A stretch of 62,915 nucleotides of DNA, counting the filler, from Octopus bimaculoides (Eukaryota), in the NCBI RefSeq assembly GCF_001194135.2. It is 7 parts of 7 records of this genome, joined end to end, with 100 filler letters (N's around TTAATTAATTAA, not from the genome) between each part and the next. Parts side by side here need not be neighbours in the genome. Positions count along the whole stretch, not along the records: positions 46,318 to 51,572 come from NC_069007.1; positions 51,673 to 55,091 come from NW_026379628.1; positions 55,192 to 62,915 come from NC_068985.1; 4 more parts are not named here. One strand, written 5' to 3'. Below are positions 50,022 to 62,915 of this stretch, piece by piece. Every line of letters begins with the position of its first letter. Positions within the stretch are counted from its first letter, which is position 1. The notes below the pieces were generated by a model. It did not search any database. It saw only the letters and a list, made by a program, of their open reading frames with translations, and had not been told where the DNA came from. The translations under genes and the position numbers were made by a program.

Positions 50022-50268
50022 TGTTGTTGGCACTCCGTCGCTTGCAACGTCGAGGGTTCCCCAGTTGATCCGATCAACGGAACAGCCTGCTCGTGAAATT
50101 AACGTGCAAGTGGCTGAGCACTCCACAGACATGTGTACTCTTAACGTAGTTCTCGGGGATATTCAGCGTGACACAGAGTGTGACAAGGCTGACCCTTTGA
50201 ATTACAGGCACAACAGAAACAGGAAGAGTGAGAGAAAGTTATGGTGGAAGAGTACAGCAGGGTTCGCC
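50022..50268 (-). mobile_element. SINE family A 3' part
   Basis: Reverse complement of 27745-27998; truncated by a gap. Confidence 0.85.
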
Positions 50269-50943
50269 NNNNNNNNNNNNNNNNNNNNNNNNNNNNNNNN
50301 NNNNNNNNNNNNNNNNNNNNNNNNNNNNNNNNNNNNNNNNNNNNNNNNNNNNNNNNNNNNNNNNNNNNNNNNNNNNNNNNNNNNNNNNNNNNNNNNNNNN
50401 NNNNNNNNNNNNNNNNNNNNNNNNNNNNNNNNNNNNNNNNNNNNNNNNNNNNNNNNNNNNNNNNNNNNNNNNNNNNNNNNNNNNNNNNNNNNNNNNNNNN
50501 NNNNNNNNNNNNNNNNNNNNNNNNNNNNNNNNNNNNNNNNNNNNNNNNNNNNNNNNNNNNNNNNNNNNNNNNNNNNNNNNNNNNNNNNNNNNNNNNNNNN
50601 NNNNNNNNNNNNNNNNNNNNNNNNNNNNNNNNNNNNNNNNNNNNNNNNNNNNNNNNNNNNNNNNNNNNNNNNNNNNNNNNNNNNNNNNNNNNNNNNNNNN
50701 NNNNNNNNNNNNNNNNNNNNNNNNNNNNNNNNNNNNNNNNNNNNNNNNNNNNNNNNNNNNNNNNNNNNNNNNNNNNNNNNNNNNNNNNNNNNNNNNNNNN
50801 NNNNNNNNNNNNNNNNNNNNNNNNNNNNNNNNNNNNNNNNNNNNNNNNNNNNNNNNNNNNNNNNNNNNNNNNNNNNNNNNNNNNNNNNNNNNNNNNNNNN
50901 NNNNNNNNNNNNNNNNNNNNNNNNNNNNNNNNNNNNNNNNNNN

Positions 50944-51230
50944 CTCTGTCTCTCTCTCTCTGTCTCTCTCTCTCTGTCTCTCTCTCTCTGTCTCTCTCAC
51001 TCTGTCTCTCTCTCTCTGTCTCTCTCTCTCTGTCTCTCTCTCTCTGTCTCTCTCTCTCTGTCTCTGTCTCTCTCTCTGTCTCTCTCTCTCTGTCTCTCTC
51101 TGTCTGTCTCTGTCTCTCCCTCTCTCTTTGTCTCTGTCTCTGTCTCTCTCTCTCTTTCTCTCTCTCTCTCTGTCTCTGTGTGTCTCTCTCTCTCTCTCTC
51201 TCTGTCTCTGTGTGTCTCTCTCTCTCTCAA
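50944..51230. repeat. (CT)n/(CTGT)n polypyrimidine microsatellite
   Basis: Directly visible. Confidence 0.9.
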
Positions 51231-51572
51231 TCTCTTTTATTCATTCTGCCCCTCTCTATCTTTCACTCCCTTGCTTTATTTCTCCCTCTTTCTATCACCA
51301 GCCACCCCCCTCTCTCTCTCGTTCTCTATCTCATCTTCCTTCTCTTTATCCCTTGTCCTCCCTCATTCTTGTCCCCATCTCTCTCACCATCCCTCTCGTA
51401 CCACCCCCCATGCTCCGTCTTGCTGCCCTTCTCCATCCCCCTTCACTCTTTCACCCTCCTCTCACTCTCACAATCTTTCTCACCACCCTCATTCTCTGTC
51501 TTACTGTCTTTTATTTCTCTCTCTCTTTTACCCTCCTCCTCTCACTCATCCTCTTCCCTCCTCTCACCCCTC

Positions 51573-51672
51573 NNNNNNNNNNNNNNNNNNNNNNNNNNNN
51601 NNNNNNNNNNNNNNNNTTAATTAATTAANNNNNNNNNNNNNNNNNNNNNNNNNNNNNNNNNNNNNNNNNNNN
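51573..51672. other. Artificial scaffold-join spacer 5
   Basis: 44 N + TTAATTAATTAA (51617-51628) + 44 N. Confidence 0.93.
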
Positions 51673-52168
51673 CACAACACGCTCGCACCCATACGCACGC
51701 GCGCAAAAAAGGTCCATACACACGTCAAAATATGCACATGCTCAAGAAGAAAACAGGGTTAAAAGCAAAATACATAAAAAGTGTGAAAAAGCTATAAGGG
51801 CAAAATGCATCTATATGCGCATATCCTCGCATGCATGCACATACATCTATATATGCACGTACCCGCACACATCCACACGCACGCACATAAGGTTCCCTGT
51901 ACGTGTCTATAGACGCACAGGAAAAAAGCAGGGTGGAAGGGAGAATANNNNNNNNNNNNNTGTGAAAAATATACAAAATATTATCTCTATAAATATGTAA
52001 AAAAATATTTTAAATATATAAGTAAATCTAAGTAAAAAGTATAGAGAGATAAAAAAACTTGTATATAGACACAATATAGAAAGCAAGTGCTACCAGTAAT
52101 CTNNNNNNNNNNNNNNNNNNNNNNNNNNNNNNNNNNNNNNNNNNNNNNNNNNNNNNNNNNNNNNNNNN

Positions 52169-52316
52169 AAAAGTTCAGTTCTTGAATTTAGACATGTGGT
52201 GGGGTCTAAGCTGCCTTTTCAGATAAGCCATCTTTCCATATCACATAAACCGCACTTTCCACTGCCGTAAGGTTTACACTTGGCTAGGATCTTCCAATGG
52301 ATGTTGTAACTGACAC
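52169..52316 (-). mobile_element. Penelope-like element, GIY-YIG endonuclease C-terminal fragment
   Basis: IHWKILAKCKPYGSGKCGLCDMERWLI*KGSLDPTTCLNSRTEL fits the W.IL....Y....C.LC..E...I.....LN.R.E pattern of PLE endonucleases. Confidence 0.75.
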
Positions 52317-52535
52317 NNNNNNNNNNNNNNNNNNNNNNNNNNNNNNNNNNNNNNNNNNNNNNNNNNNNNNNNNNNNNNNNNNNNNNNNNNNNNNNNNNNN
52401 NNNNNNNNNNNNNNNNNNNNNNNNNNNNNNNNNNNNNNNNNNNNNNNNNNNNNNNNNNNNNNNNNNNNNNNNNNNNNNNNNNNNNNNNNNNNNNNNNNNN
52501 NNNNNNNNNNNNNNNNNNNNNNNNNNNNNNNNNNN

Positions 52536-52745
52536 CGGGCACAAATTTTTATCCCTGCATGAACAGCTGGTTTCATATTGTGGTTCCAGTCAACCATAGT
52601 TACAGAAAGATCTTCAAGAGACTTAACTTAAAAATCAGTTTCAGCTCAACAGCTAATTTTAAAAATATAATTGCACACAACACACNNNNNNNNNNAACCA
52701 CAATATGAAACCAGTTGTTCATGCAGGGATAAAAATTTTTGCCCG
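52536..52745 (+). mobile_element. Penelope-like RT-endonuclease linker fragment with a 50-bp inverted duplication
   Basis: GHKFLSL and PVNHSYRKIFKRLNLKISFSSTANFKNIIAHN. 52536-52585 is the reverse complement of 52696-52745 (2 mismatches). Confidence 0.7.
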
Positions 52746-54569
52746 CTAAATGGAGCTTGCATGTCCCATCATTTATGAGGCCACCGTCGACTCTATATCC
52801 ACTAAGGACACAATATAAAGAATTGAAACATTGGATTTACATGGTNNNNNNNNNNNNNNNNNNNNNNNNNNNNNNNNNNNNNNNNNNNNNNNNNNNNNNN
52901 NNNNNNNNNNNNNNNNNNNNNNNNNNNNNNNNNNNNNNNNNNNNNNNNNNNNNNNNNNNNNNNNNNNNNNNNNNNNNNNNNNNNNNNNNNNNNNNNNNNN
53001 NNNNNNNNNNNNNNNNNNNNNNNNNNNNNNNNNNNNNNNNNNNNNNNNNNNNNNNNNNNNNNNNNNNNNNNNNNNNNNNNNNNNNNNNNNNNNNNNNNNN
53101 NNNNNNNNNNNNNNNNNNNNNNNNNNNNNNNNNNNNNNNNNNNNNNNNNNNNNNNNNNNNNNNNNNNNNNNNNNNNNNNNNNNNNNNNNNNNNNNNNNNN
53201 NNNNNNNNNNNNNNNNNNNNNNNNNNNNNNNNNNNNNNNNNNNNNNNNNNNNNNNNNNNNNNNNNNNNNNNNNNNNNNNNNNNNNNNNNNNNNNNNNNNN
53301 NNNNNNNNNNNNNNNNNNNNNNNNNNNNNNNNNNNNNNNNNNNNNNNNNNNNNNNNNNNNNNNNNNNNNNNNNNNNNNNNNNNNNNNNNNNNNNNNNNNN
53401 NNNNNNNNNNNNNNNNNNNNNNNNNNNNNNNNNNNNNNNNNNNNNNNNNNNNNNNNNNNNNNNNNNNNNNNNNNNNNNNNNNNNNNNNNNNNNNNNNNNN
53501 NNNNNNNNNNNNNNNNNNNNNNNNNNNNNNNNNNNNNNNNNNNNNNNNNNNNNNNNNNNNNNNNNNNNNNNNNNNNNNNNNNNNNNNNNNNNNNNNNNNN
53601 NNNNNNNNNNNNNNNNNNNNNNNNNNNNNNNNNNNNNNNNNNNNNNNNNNNNNNNNNNNNNNNNNNNNNNNNNNNNNNNNNNNNNNNNNNNNNNNNNNNN
53701 NNNNNNNNNNNNNNNNNNNNNNNNNNNNNNNNNNNNNNNNNNNNNNNNNNNNNNNNNNNNNNNNNNNNNNNNNNNNNNNNNNNTCCCTCAAAGATGCTTT
53801 TCTCAACTCTAAAATCATTAAGCAAGCTTACATAGGTTTATGAAAATTAAATTGTATATTTACCTTGTTAATTTGTAGCTGTACTCATCCACGATTAAAA
53901 TGTCTTGAAAATGACAGGAATGACTAAATTGTGAAATATATCTCTTTATGTATATGTTTACTTTTATGTGTATAGAATGTAGAAAGAATGTAGGTCAGTT
54001 AATGTGAGGAAATTGTACCTTAAATATACCTATTGAAATCAAGGGAGTGTAAATTATTTATTTGTAATTTTGCCCTTCGTAAGTGAAAATTATATTCTAG
54101 ACAAGAACAACTGTATATACTTCAGAAATGTGTTTATTATGAATAACCTAAAGATTGAGATTTTTTTTTAGTATAATATTAATGCCAATTTCCATTTTTT
54201 TTAATTGTAATAATCATATATTTACTTTAAAAATTATTACTATATTATTTCTTGAGAGATTTTTCATGTTATGATGTTGCTTATTGAATAAATTGCTTTT
54301 ATTTGATTGGACGAGTTGTAGATTGAGCACATTGCTTTGTTTAATATCTAGGTCAGTGTACACTTGTTTACCCTCTCTTTGTAGATTTATAAAGAGATAT
54401 GTACCTAGTGTAAGCTATGAACACGTAAAAGGTGCTGCAATATCAAAGGAAGGTTAACCAGGAAAATAATGGAGTGTGTTTAACTATATTATAACTAATG
54501 TGAATATCTATTTATATAGTGTGGGGGCTGGGATGTAAAAGGTTAAAAAGGGTAAAAATCCCCTTCAGT

Positions 54570-54885
54570 CATGAATGACCATGGGATTGTCCTTAGAAAG
54601 TTATCCTCTGAGGCACAAGTCCAGGCAAGGTTCTTTATGGAAGACCAGCAATTGCCCATGTATACCAGCCTCCCCTCTCCACACCACCGATGTTATCCTA
54701 GGGAAAGGCAAAGGCTNNNNNNNNNNNNNNNNNNNNNNNNNNNNNNNNNNNNNNNNNNNNNNNNNNNNNNNNNNNNNNNNNNNNNNNNNNNNNNNNNNNN
54801 NNNNNNAAGAACACAACACAGCCTGGTCCAGGAATTGAATTCACTACCTCATGATTTTCAGCCCAACACTCTAACCACTGAGCCA
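54570..54885 (-). mobile_element. SINE (family C-type head), gapped
   Basis: Reverse strand head tggctcagtggttagagtgttgggctgaaaatcatgaggtagtgaattcaattcctggacc. Confidence 0.6.
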
Positions 54886-55091
54886 TGTAAAGAGTATAGT
54901 TTATTAAAATATAGAGGATGATGATTTATTTGTCATTATATCAATATTAATTTTGTGTATTGGAGCATTGTTTGGGAGATTTGTGTAACAAAATATGGTG
55001 ATTTGTTTTAATGAAGTTATTGTTTTGCCTATAATATATATAATACTTGTGATTATATTATCGATATTTTCTTTATTGCTGTCTTTTAGAA

Positions 55092-55191
55092 NNNNNNNNN
55101 NNNNNNNNNNNNNNNNNNNNNNNNNNNNNNNNNNNTTAATTAATTAANNNNNNNNNNNNNNNNNNNNNNNNNNNNNNNNNNNNNNNNNNNN
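55092..55191. other. Artificial scaffold-join spacer 6
   Basis: 44 N + TTAATTAATTAA (55136-55147) + 44 N. Confidence 0.93.
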
Positions 55192-56794
55192 CGCGCGTGA
55201 ATGGGTGGTGGAAAAGAGTCTCATAAATAGTTTTAGAGATAAAGCGGTGCATATTTCCGGGAAACATTCAGTGCGCAATAAAATTGTTTACATTTAAGAA
55301 GATGGCTATTTATATATGTTAACAAGTTATGTTTACATATTTTATACAAATATTTCCGTACGGTATGAAATCAAGTCGATGGTATTAAGTAAAATATCAA
55401 ATACTTGTAGTATGCAAATTAGCAGCTCCTATTATATAAAGCTACTGGATTTGTGTGCTTAAATAAATAATTAAATTACTTACGTCTCTGGGTTGGTTAA
55501 GTGATGCAGACACTTCTGATGAGAACCCGAAGTTATCGCTTACGATTGATCTGGATAAATTAATCAAATTCTACCACGTCCTAGATTTCGATTATCTCCC
55601 TTATAACGGAAGAAATACCTAATTACCTCCCCCTATCTAGAACTCTTCTTTTCAGACTGGAACGAACACATGTTACAACGAAGTAGAGAAATTTGAAAAG
55701 ACTGAGACCAACCTGGGGCGCTAACTGGAATTCTTAGTCGAATGAATTAACCTCAGTACTCATATCTTTGAGCTTGTTAATTATTCTGTCGTTGTATTTT
55801 TTCTAAACCCCTTAGTTAAGTGGACTAGAACCTCACCAACATCAGCTGTTAGGTGGTAGGTTTGGGTGGCAAACACAGACACATATACATAGCAACTTAG
55901 ATATATATATATATATATATATACAATAGTCTCAATATGGTACTTATACCTGATGTACTTTAAAGTTTTGGCATTGGCCAATATTTGCAACGTGGTTTGC
56001 CTTTTAGTCACCAGTAAAATAAACATGTTTTTCAACACATACAGACGCATATGAACAATTACTTATCCGTATATATAAACATATCTGTTCGACAGTTTGA
56101 AATATAAAGTGCATATGCACACAGTCATGTGCGCGCCTACTCAAACACTTATGTCCGTCTACGTACAGATATTCGCCCACATGTGTACGTTTGCATGAGC
56201 GCATGTGTCCATGTGAGTGCGTGTATGGTATACAGAAGATAAAGTATTAGTTCGAAGTAGACAGTTTTGTATGCTGTAATTAATTTTGCGCTTCTTTCAT
56301 GCTAAATTAATGTCGTTGGTTTTATTTCGTCTACCGTTACACAGAAACTTACCAAAAGCAATGAAACTATGTTTAGTATTATTTTTTATTATTATTAATT
56401 TTTTTTGTTCTTGCATTTTATTACAACTTCAACTACGCGAACCACATCCTTTCCACACATTTGTGCGAAGTATATTAAACAAACTAGATCAAAGAAGCTC
56501 AATGTTATTCATTTGATGTCGATAATGTCTCCTGGCTGATCTTATTTACCACATCACATGACTACACATTATTCTAACGTACAGACGCTTGTACTACGGA
56601 TAGAAAAAATGATAACAAGATAACCCATGCACATACTTTAACTCGCTTATTTACTCTTATTCCCTCTTTCAGAGAGCCATTTGCAAGCGAATGTGAATGA
56701 CTATTAATAAAAGGCCAGCGATTGCTTGGAGGGAATATGTCCATTACGTGGACCCAGGTGTTCAAGTGGTATTTATTTCGTCAAATCGGAAGGG

Positions 56795-57065
56795 ATGCAG
56801 AGCGAATTTGAACTCAGAATATAAGGATAAGTCTAAATACCGCTAAATATATCGCCCCGGCGTGCTAACAATTCTGCCAGTTCGCCATCTACAATGACAG
56901 CAAATATTCCTGAAATTTGGTGGGAGGGGGACTCGTCGATTTACTCGACACCCAGTGCTTCACTGGCACTTAATTTATCATCCCCGAAAGGATGACAGGC
57001 AAAGTTGGCCTCGGCGTAATATGAACTGTTAAGCATTTCGTCCGCCGTGCTGACGATTCTGCTAG
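56795..57065 (-). mobile_element. SINE family M fragments
   Basis: Reverse of gagttcaaattcgc and gaggccaactttgcctgtcatcctttcggggatgataaattaagtgccagt. Confidence 0.7.
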
Positions 57066-59549
57066 AAATACACATCAAAGTAATCAAATATATCAACAAG
57101 AGTTGCTGTTCTTGTTAAAAGCTGTATAAGATACTTTAATTTTTAGAAGTTATAAGCGTGTTGATATGTATGAAAATAAGATGCATTATTATTATCATTA
57201 TTATTATTATTATTATCATTATTATTATGTATTTGTCTATATGTTTTTAATCATACCTAATGGATTATTTCTGTTTTTAGACTCCACATTCGTTATATTT
57301 GCATAAAATGTATGCGTTGAAATAATTAATAAAAAAATATCACAAATGCAAAGTATGGATACAAACCAGGCTCTAAGTTCTTATCTTTTACCAGTAACAT
57401 TATATTAGACGTCCGTGTTAATATATTTGTAGTTAAATGCAAGCATGCAATATTTGTTATGTTATATAAATGCGTAACAGAAGGATATGTCTTACTTAGG
57501 TATTCTCTTAAGAATTTGCTTCAACATGATTGTGGTTACGAGTACTCAGCATGAGAATATGTGACTTTGAAACGATTCTATACTAAGTTTGTCAATAAAG
57601 AATAGGTTTATCATTGATTCTGCGTGAAACATTGAAGTAAATATATGTACTGACTGTGCATTTGTTAGTGTAGGATATTGCAAATATTTACTAATTAAAT
57701 ACTCGTATCATTTCCAAACCAGTGTATGTGATTAGAAATATTAAATTAGAAGTAATTAATGCAAAGGAAATTAATTGATCCAAATCAGTATTCATTTATT
57801 TTCGCTGGAGAAACACATCAACTGCATCTAGTTGAGATAATCTGATATAGCAGATTTTTTCTGATGCAATGATAGATAGTGACCCAAGGTGGGGAATTCA
57901 TCAAGGAAACTTTGTTTTAAGGCTTTGTTGTAGCTAATGCAAGCATAATATTAGCATACATGTAATATGATAGGCGTATTTAACGTGCGGTAATGTGTAA
58001 CATATACTATATATTTCTCTATAAGAGTAATGACAAAATGATCGAAAATTTGTGTTCGACAGTAGAAACTTCGACACATAAATGATTATATTCCACCAGA
58101 TTAATTAAAGTACATCCTTCATTGTATTGTCGAAATTAAGATGGAATAATTACAGCGAAAATAATATAAATTGTACATGATTTTGTGTACGATAAAGAAA
58201 TAATTAGAAACTAAATATTACATTTCATAGATTAACAATGACAGATTAGTGAATGTCAAGGGATATAATATGAGCTCATTAAAGTAATTTACTACAGATT
58301 AAAATGCCAGTAAAGGGGGATGTATTTCGTCATTTACAGAGATTCAATAAACATAATTCGGAATTACTATACGTTGACCGCGATTGGAAAGCCAATAGCC
58401 GCTTTGGCTGCCAAACTAAGTACGTGCCTCTTGCCAAGATTAAGGTGTGTTCCAAGATATTACAAGGGACATTGTGCGAAATGCAGGCGCCACAGTGGAA
58501 GGTGAAGGCGGCTACTTTCAGTAAACTGTTATCTCCCAACTATAATCTAGTTGGTATTATTATTTTTAGTGACTTTATTCTTAGATGGAATATGGTAATT
58601 ACTTTATATTTTATGAAACTGTCACATGTATCCCGGACAAGCTCATATTCTCTATGTGTGAACGTGCGTGTGCATGCGTCTCAGCGTTACTGTTTGTAAC
58701 TCACCGCCGCTTAACAATCGGTGTTAATTTGGCAGTACGGCAAATAACCATTAGACACAATAAACCATTAGATAAAATAAACCAAGGATAGAGTCTGTTT
58801 ACACATTTAGTATGATTTACATATATTATTATTATTTAAAACAATTGTTTCGGTCCCAAGCAACTTTAAGATTCATAGGTTCATCGCAGGAACCTGGGGC
58901 AACTGAATCCAGTGGACAGAGCACGACTTGCAAGTTTCCTGTAACGAGCGTTCGATACTTGAAGTTGCAAGTGACCGAATCAAAGTACTTTGTATAACAA
59001 TGATAATAGCAACTACTACTAGAACAACAACAACAAAAACAACGGCAGCAACAACAAGAGCAACAACAACAACAACAACAGCAACACTGACAACAACAAC
59101 AACAACAATAATAATAATAATACTCAGCAGCTTTTGTAGATTGGATAAAACCTGAATTGGTAAAGCTAGACTAAAGTACTAAGAAGGAATCAAAAACAAA
59201 TGGAGGTAATCTTTTGGGAGGGTCGGAAGATATGGCGCATCACAATTCTATATTGTAAATCTATGGATGGAGGCCAAATATATATACTCGTATATGCAAC
59301 TACTTACCATGGAATACTTGATACCGAAGCTTAGACTGATCACTTAATTTATGTGCTTGGTGGATAGAATCACGGAGATCGTAGCAGACGAAATACCTCA
59401 ATAAACTGCACCAGGATGCTCTTGTCACGTGACGTCGGAAATATCTGAACTGTGCAGTGGAAAGTAAAAGCTGTGTTCGTTTTTCTAATAAAATATCAGT
59501 GTTAGATTGGATACACAGTTTACATTTTTATATTAATACATTTTCTGTC

Positions 59550-59589
<40 letters not shown>

Positions 59590-61976
59590 NNNNNNNNNNN
59601 NNNNNNNNNNNNNNNNNNNNNNNNNNNNNNNNNNNNNNNNNNNNNNNNNNNNNNNNNNNNNNNNNNNNNNNNNNNNNNNNNNNNNNNNNNNNNNNNNNNN
59701 NNNNNNNNNNNNNNNNNNNNNNNNNNNNNNNNNNNNNNNNNNNNNNNNNNNNNNNNNNNNNNNNNNNNNNNNNNNNNNNNNNNNNNNNNNNNNNNNNNNN
59801 NNNNNNNNNNNNNNNNNNNNNNNNNNNNNNNNNNNNNNNNNNNNNNNNNNNNNNNNNNNNNNNNNNNNNNNNNNNNNNNNNNNNNNNNNNNNNNNNNNNN
59901 NNNNNNNNNNNNNNNNNNNNNNNNNNNNNNNNNNNNNNNNNNNNNNNNNNNNNNNNNNNNNNNNATATATATATATATATAAATACATACATACATACAT
60001 ACATTAACGGTTTCATGAATTTCTTACCTCCATATACCTGTTATTCTCCCCAGCATGTAGTATGTTTCAATTATGTAATTATAATCACCCACTAATCATC
60101 CATTCATTATGTTATTAACTATATAATGATGATCTAATCATGATCTGCATCCACTATGCGAAACAGATTGTGAACAGATTATATTTTTAGCTAAGGATAA
60201 TAATCAATTTACATTTAAATGAATTTTGCATTGACTACTGTTGGAGTGGAAAAATGAGCAATGTTCGTCTGTCGTCCTCCATACGTTTAAGTATGGAAGC
60301 AAATCAAATAGCTGTCTATTGTGTACCGCATGTATGCATAAAAAAATTGAGATGAGGTGTCTCAAAATTTAGTTTGAGGTCACGAACATTCCCTTCCTTA
60401 AGATATACCTATAATTTGAGACTTCCAATAAGAGTGAAGCAGAAAAAAAATATATAAGATTATGAGATCAATTGCAAAGGACGAGAAGAACACTCTTTGC
60501 TGCCGTGAAAATACATAAAAAGAGTAGCATACGTGTTATAGCGTTAAGAAAATATTATACGTAGTATATGTCACCCAATGCATTTCGTGTTTATGCTAAA
60601 TGTATCGCTTATATCAGCCTACTTTGCTTTCAACCTATTTTTATTAGAATATATGAAATAGATGCGCTTAGGAATGGTTGTAAGATTTTTCTGGCTTCTT
60701 CATTTCTTGACGAGCACCGCATTATATAATTTTAAAGATATGACGCACACATTTATAATATACGTAATATTGTGAAAGCTGTTCGTTATTTCGAATGTGC
60801 AGTTTATATTCAGACCTGTTCATATAGCACTTATTACAAGGAGAATATATTTGAAAGGAGATCTTGGATTTCTTGATTCCCAAAACAATTATAGATATAG
60901 AACTGAATTATAGATTCTTTTTTTTTTTTCACAACGTTTGCAGAATTCCGATCGAAATGCTGCAGACAGCATGTATGCGGGGTAAGCAAATAAAATATTC
61001 CAGAATATGCCGAACCAGTTTCAAAACGCAGAAAAGTTATCCTGTATACATGTTCAGTTTAGAATCATTCTGCTGTATATTTCTATTGAAATCTCATAAA
61101 ATCCAAAATTAGTTGATGGCTTTTGATTAAGCTAATAAAATAATTTCTTTGCAACCGTGTCGTATAACTCACCCATTAAATTTCAATTTCTCCATCGAAT
61201 ACATCCGCCATTCGTATAGTTATATTGGAAATGTGAGCTAAGTTTTCAGAAATCTATAAACGATTCGTGATGACTAACTCCAAAATATGGCATTGCTTTG
61301 ATGAACTAATTAATCAAGAAATTTTGTGTCGTCGAACCACTCTACAAAAAGAAATTATGTTTATTTTAAGCTGCACACTATTACCCAAATAGATGAAGAT
61401 ACATTTTCTAATGCAGTATGTGATTATTTACGCAAAGAACATAAATGACACGATTTTCATAGCTGAAGTATATGCCGTAATAAATCAGGATAGATTATAG
61501 ACTAACAGCAGCAACCGCTTCAATAAATTGCATAATAAATTGTACATGAAATACAGCAACAATCGTTTTCTTCCTAATTTACACTCTCAATCAAATTTAG
61601 TCACAACGAATTTTCAGAAATATATATTATGCTTATCAAAACAGATCTAATGATATAGTTACAATTACACGAGAATATCGGTGAAGGAAACAAATTGTAT
61701 AAAATGACCAGATCTTCTTTTGATAACCAGCATCCAAGACATGAATCATGTGACAAACTTTTTTTTTATAAATACCCCTGAATTTTGCTTTCGTTTGAAA
61801 ACATGAAAAAGTAATTTTTCCCGATAGTTTTGGAAAACGTTCACAATTCTGAATTGGAAGATGTCGCATTTATTTTGTGCTTACTTTCTATATGTTTTAT
61901 TTATGTATTGTTTTGTGTATACTTTAGAGAACATCAACAATAATACTCGTAATTTATAATTTGACTTTATATAATA

Positions 61977-62658
61977 TATTTGGTCATCATATTAATAGTG
62001 CGGTGTTTTTCAATTGCATGAACTAAAAGTCGGAGGCTAACAGGATAAACTACCTGCATCAACTTACCTCAAAAGCATGTAGTAATTTTACCTTCTTACT
62101 CTTTGTCTAAGTTTTGAAGAGGGAAGTTTGATTTTAACAGTCATTTTTCAAAGTTGTAATAGAAGTGACAAAGGAGTATATTCGGCATATTTTACTTTAT
62201 GAGTTCAAAAATGCAACAATACTACGAAAAGTGCGAGCAATATTAATGAGGTATAAGGGGATGGGACAATGATCGGAAGGCAGGATCAACAGCAAACTAT
62301 AACCTACGAGCCGCAAACTATAACCTACGAAACGATCCTCGTCTTGGAAGATCTGTTGAACTCGACGAGGCCGTCCTGAAAACCTTGGTGGAGCAAAATG
62401 CCATTGTAACTGTTGAGAAACTAGGAGAGACGCTTGGATTTGTTCAATATGAATACTTGATCAGAACAGTACTGGATGAGTATTTGTCGTCACGGAGAAG
62501 TGAATTTTGTTGATGAGAGGCCTTGCACGTGTACCAGAAAGATGGAAGAGCATTGTAGAAAATGAAGTAGAGAATATTTTCAATTGAAAAATAGCTTCAT
62601 CTTGATTTTGAGAAAATAAATGCTAAAAAAACAGTATTATTTATGAGGCGACCTAATA
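61977..62658 (+). mobile_element. Internally deleted mariner element (~680 bp)
   Basis: N-terminal EYIRHILLYEF...RSVELDEAVLKTLVEQN is fused to C-terminal RVPERWKSIVENE. The right TIR ttatttatgaggcgacctaata resembles the 26701 end; the left TIR is decayed. Confidence 0.75.
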
Positions 62659-62806
62659 TATTAATACAGTCTCCATTTTCCTTCTTCCAGGGTATATTGG
62701 CTCTGTTACTTTTAAGTACATACATGTAGTTATGTCGAGGAAAGCAGTATGTCATCAAATTCAACTGCACATTCCTTCGCTCTAACACATAATCACACAC
62801 ACATTC

Positions 62807-62839
<33 letters not shown>

Positions 62840-62880
62840 AGCACACATACACACATATATACATATATATATACATATTT

Positions 62881-62915
<35 letters not shown>

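Noticed and set aside
55510-55625. CTGATGA followed distantly by GAAA
   Set aside because: I could not form stem II, stem I or a UH site.
56655-56715. Strong-looking acceptor ccctctttcag followed by aataaa
   Set aside because: All three frames stop within about 12 codons and none matches a PRDM14 zinc finger or another recognisable protein.

Overview
AT-rich, microsatellite- and transposon-dense animal genomic DNA. I infer a cephalopod (Octopus-like) source from the tRNA-derived SINE families and repeat style. The window is not one contiguous molecule: six identical 100-bp spacers (44 N + TTAATTAATTAA + 44 N) join seven blocks, and many other N gaps occur. Two protein-coding genes are partly present. 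(1) Twelve consecutive minus-strand exons (3318-22275; 1731 nt, 577 codons, all GT-AG and phase-consistent) of a laminin alpha 3/5 (LanA-type) chain, covering three laminin-EGF repeats and the following globular domain IVb-like region. (2) Three plus-strand exons (41926-44306) of a PRDM14 orthologue, covering the pre-SET CBFA2T/MTG-binding-like motif and the N-terminal half of the PR/SET domain. The rest is decayed mobile DNA: Dong/R4-, CR1- and Tx1-type LINE fragments, Penelope-like remnants, Tc1/mariner and hAT-like MITEs, and at least five SINE families. The least expected signal is a set of type-I minimal hammerhead-ribozyme motifs with mutually unrelated flanks (best at 9415-9503; others at 15310, 44849, 45197 and a tandem pair at 48618-48780). 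One of them lies inside a 492-bp element bounded by 48-bp inverted repeats in a PRDM14 intron. All folds and homologies were judged by eye and from memory; nothing was computed or searched.
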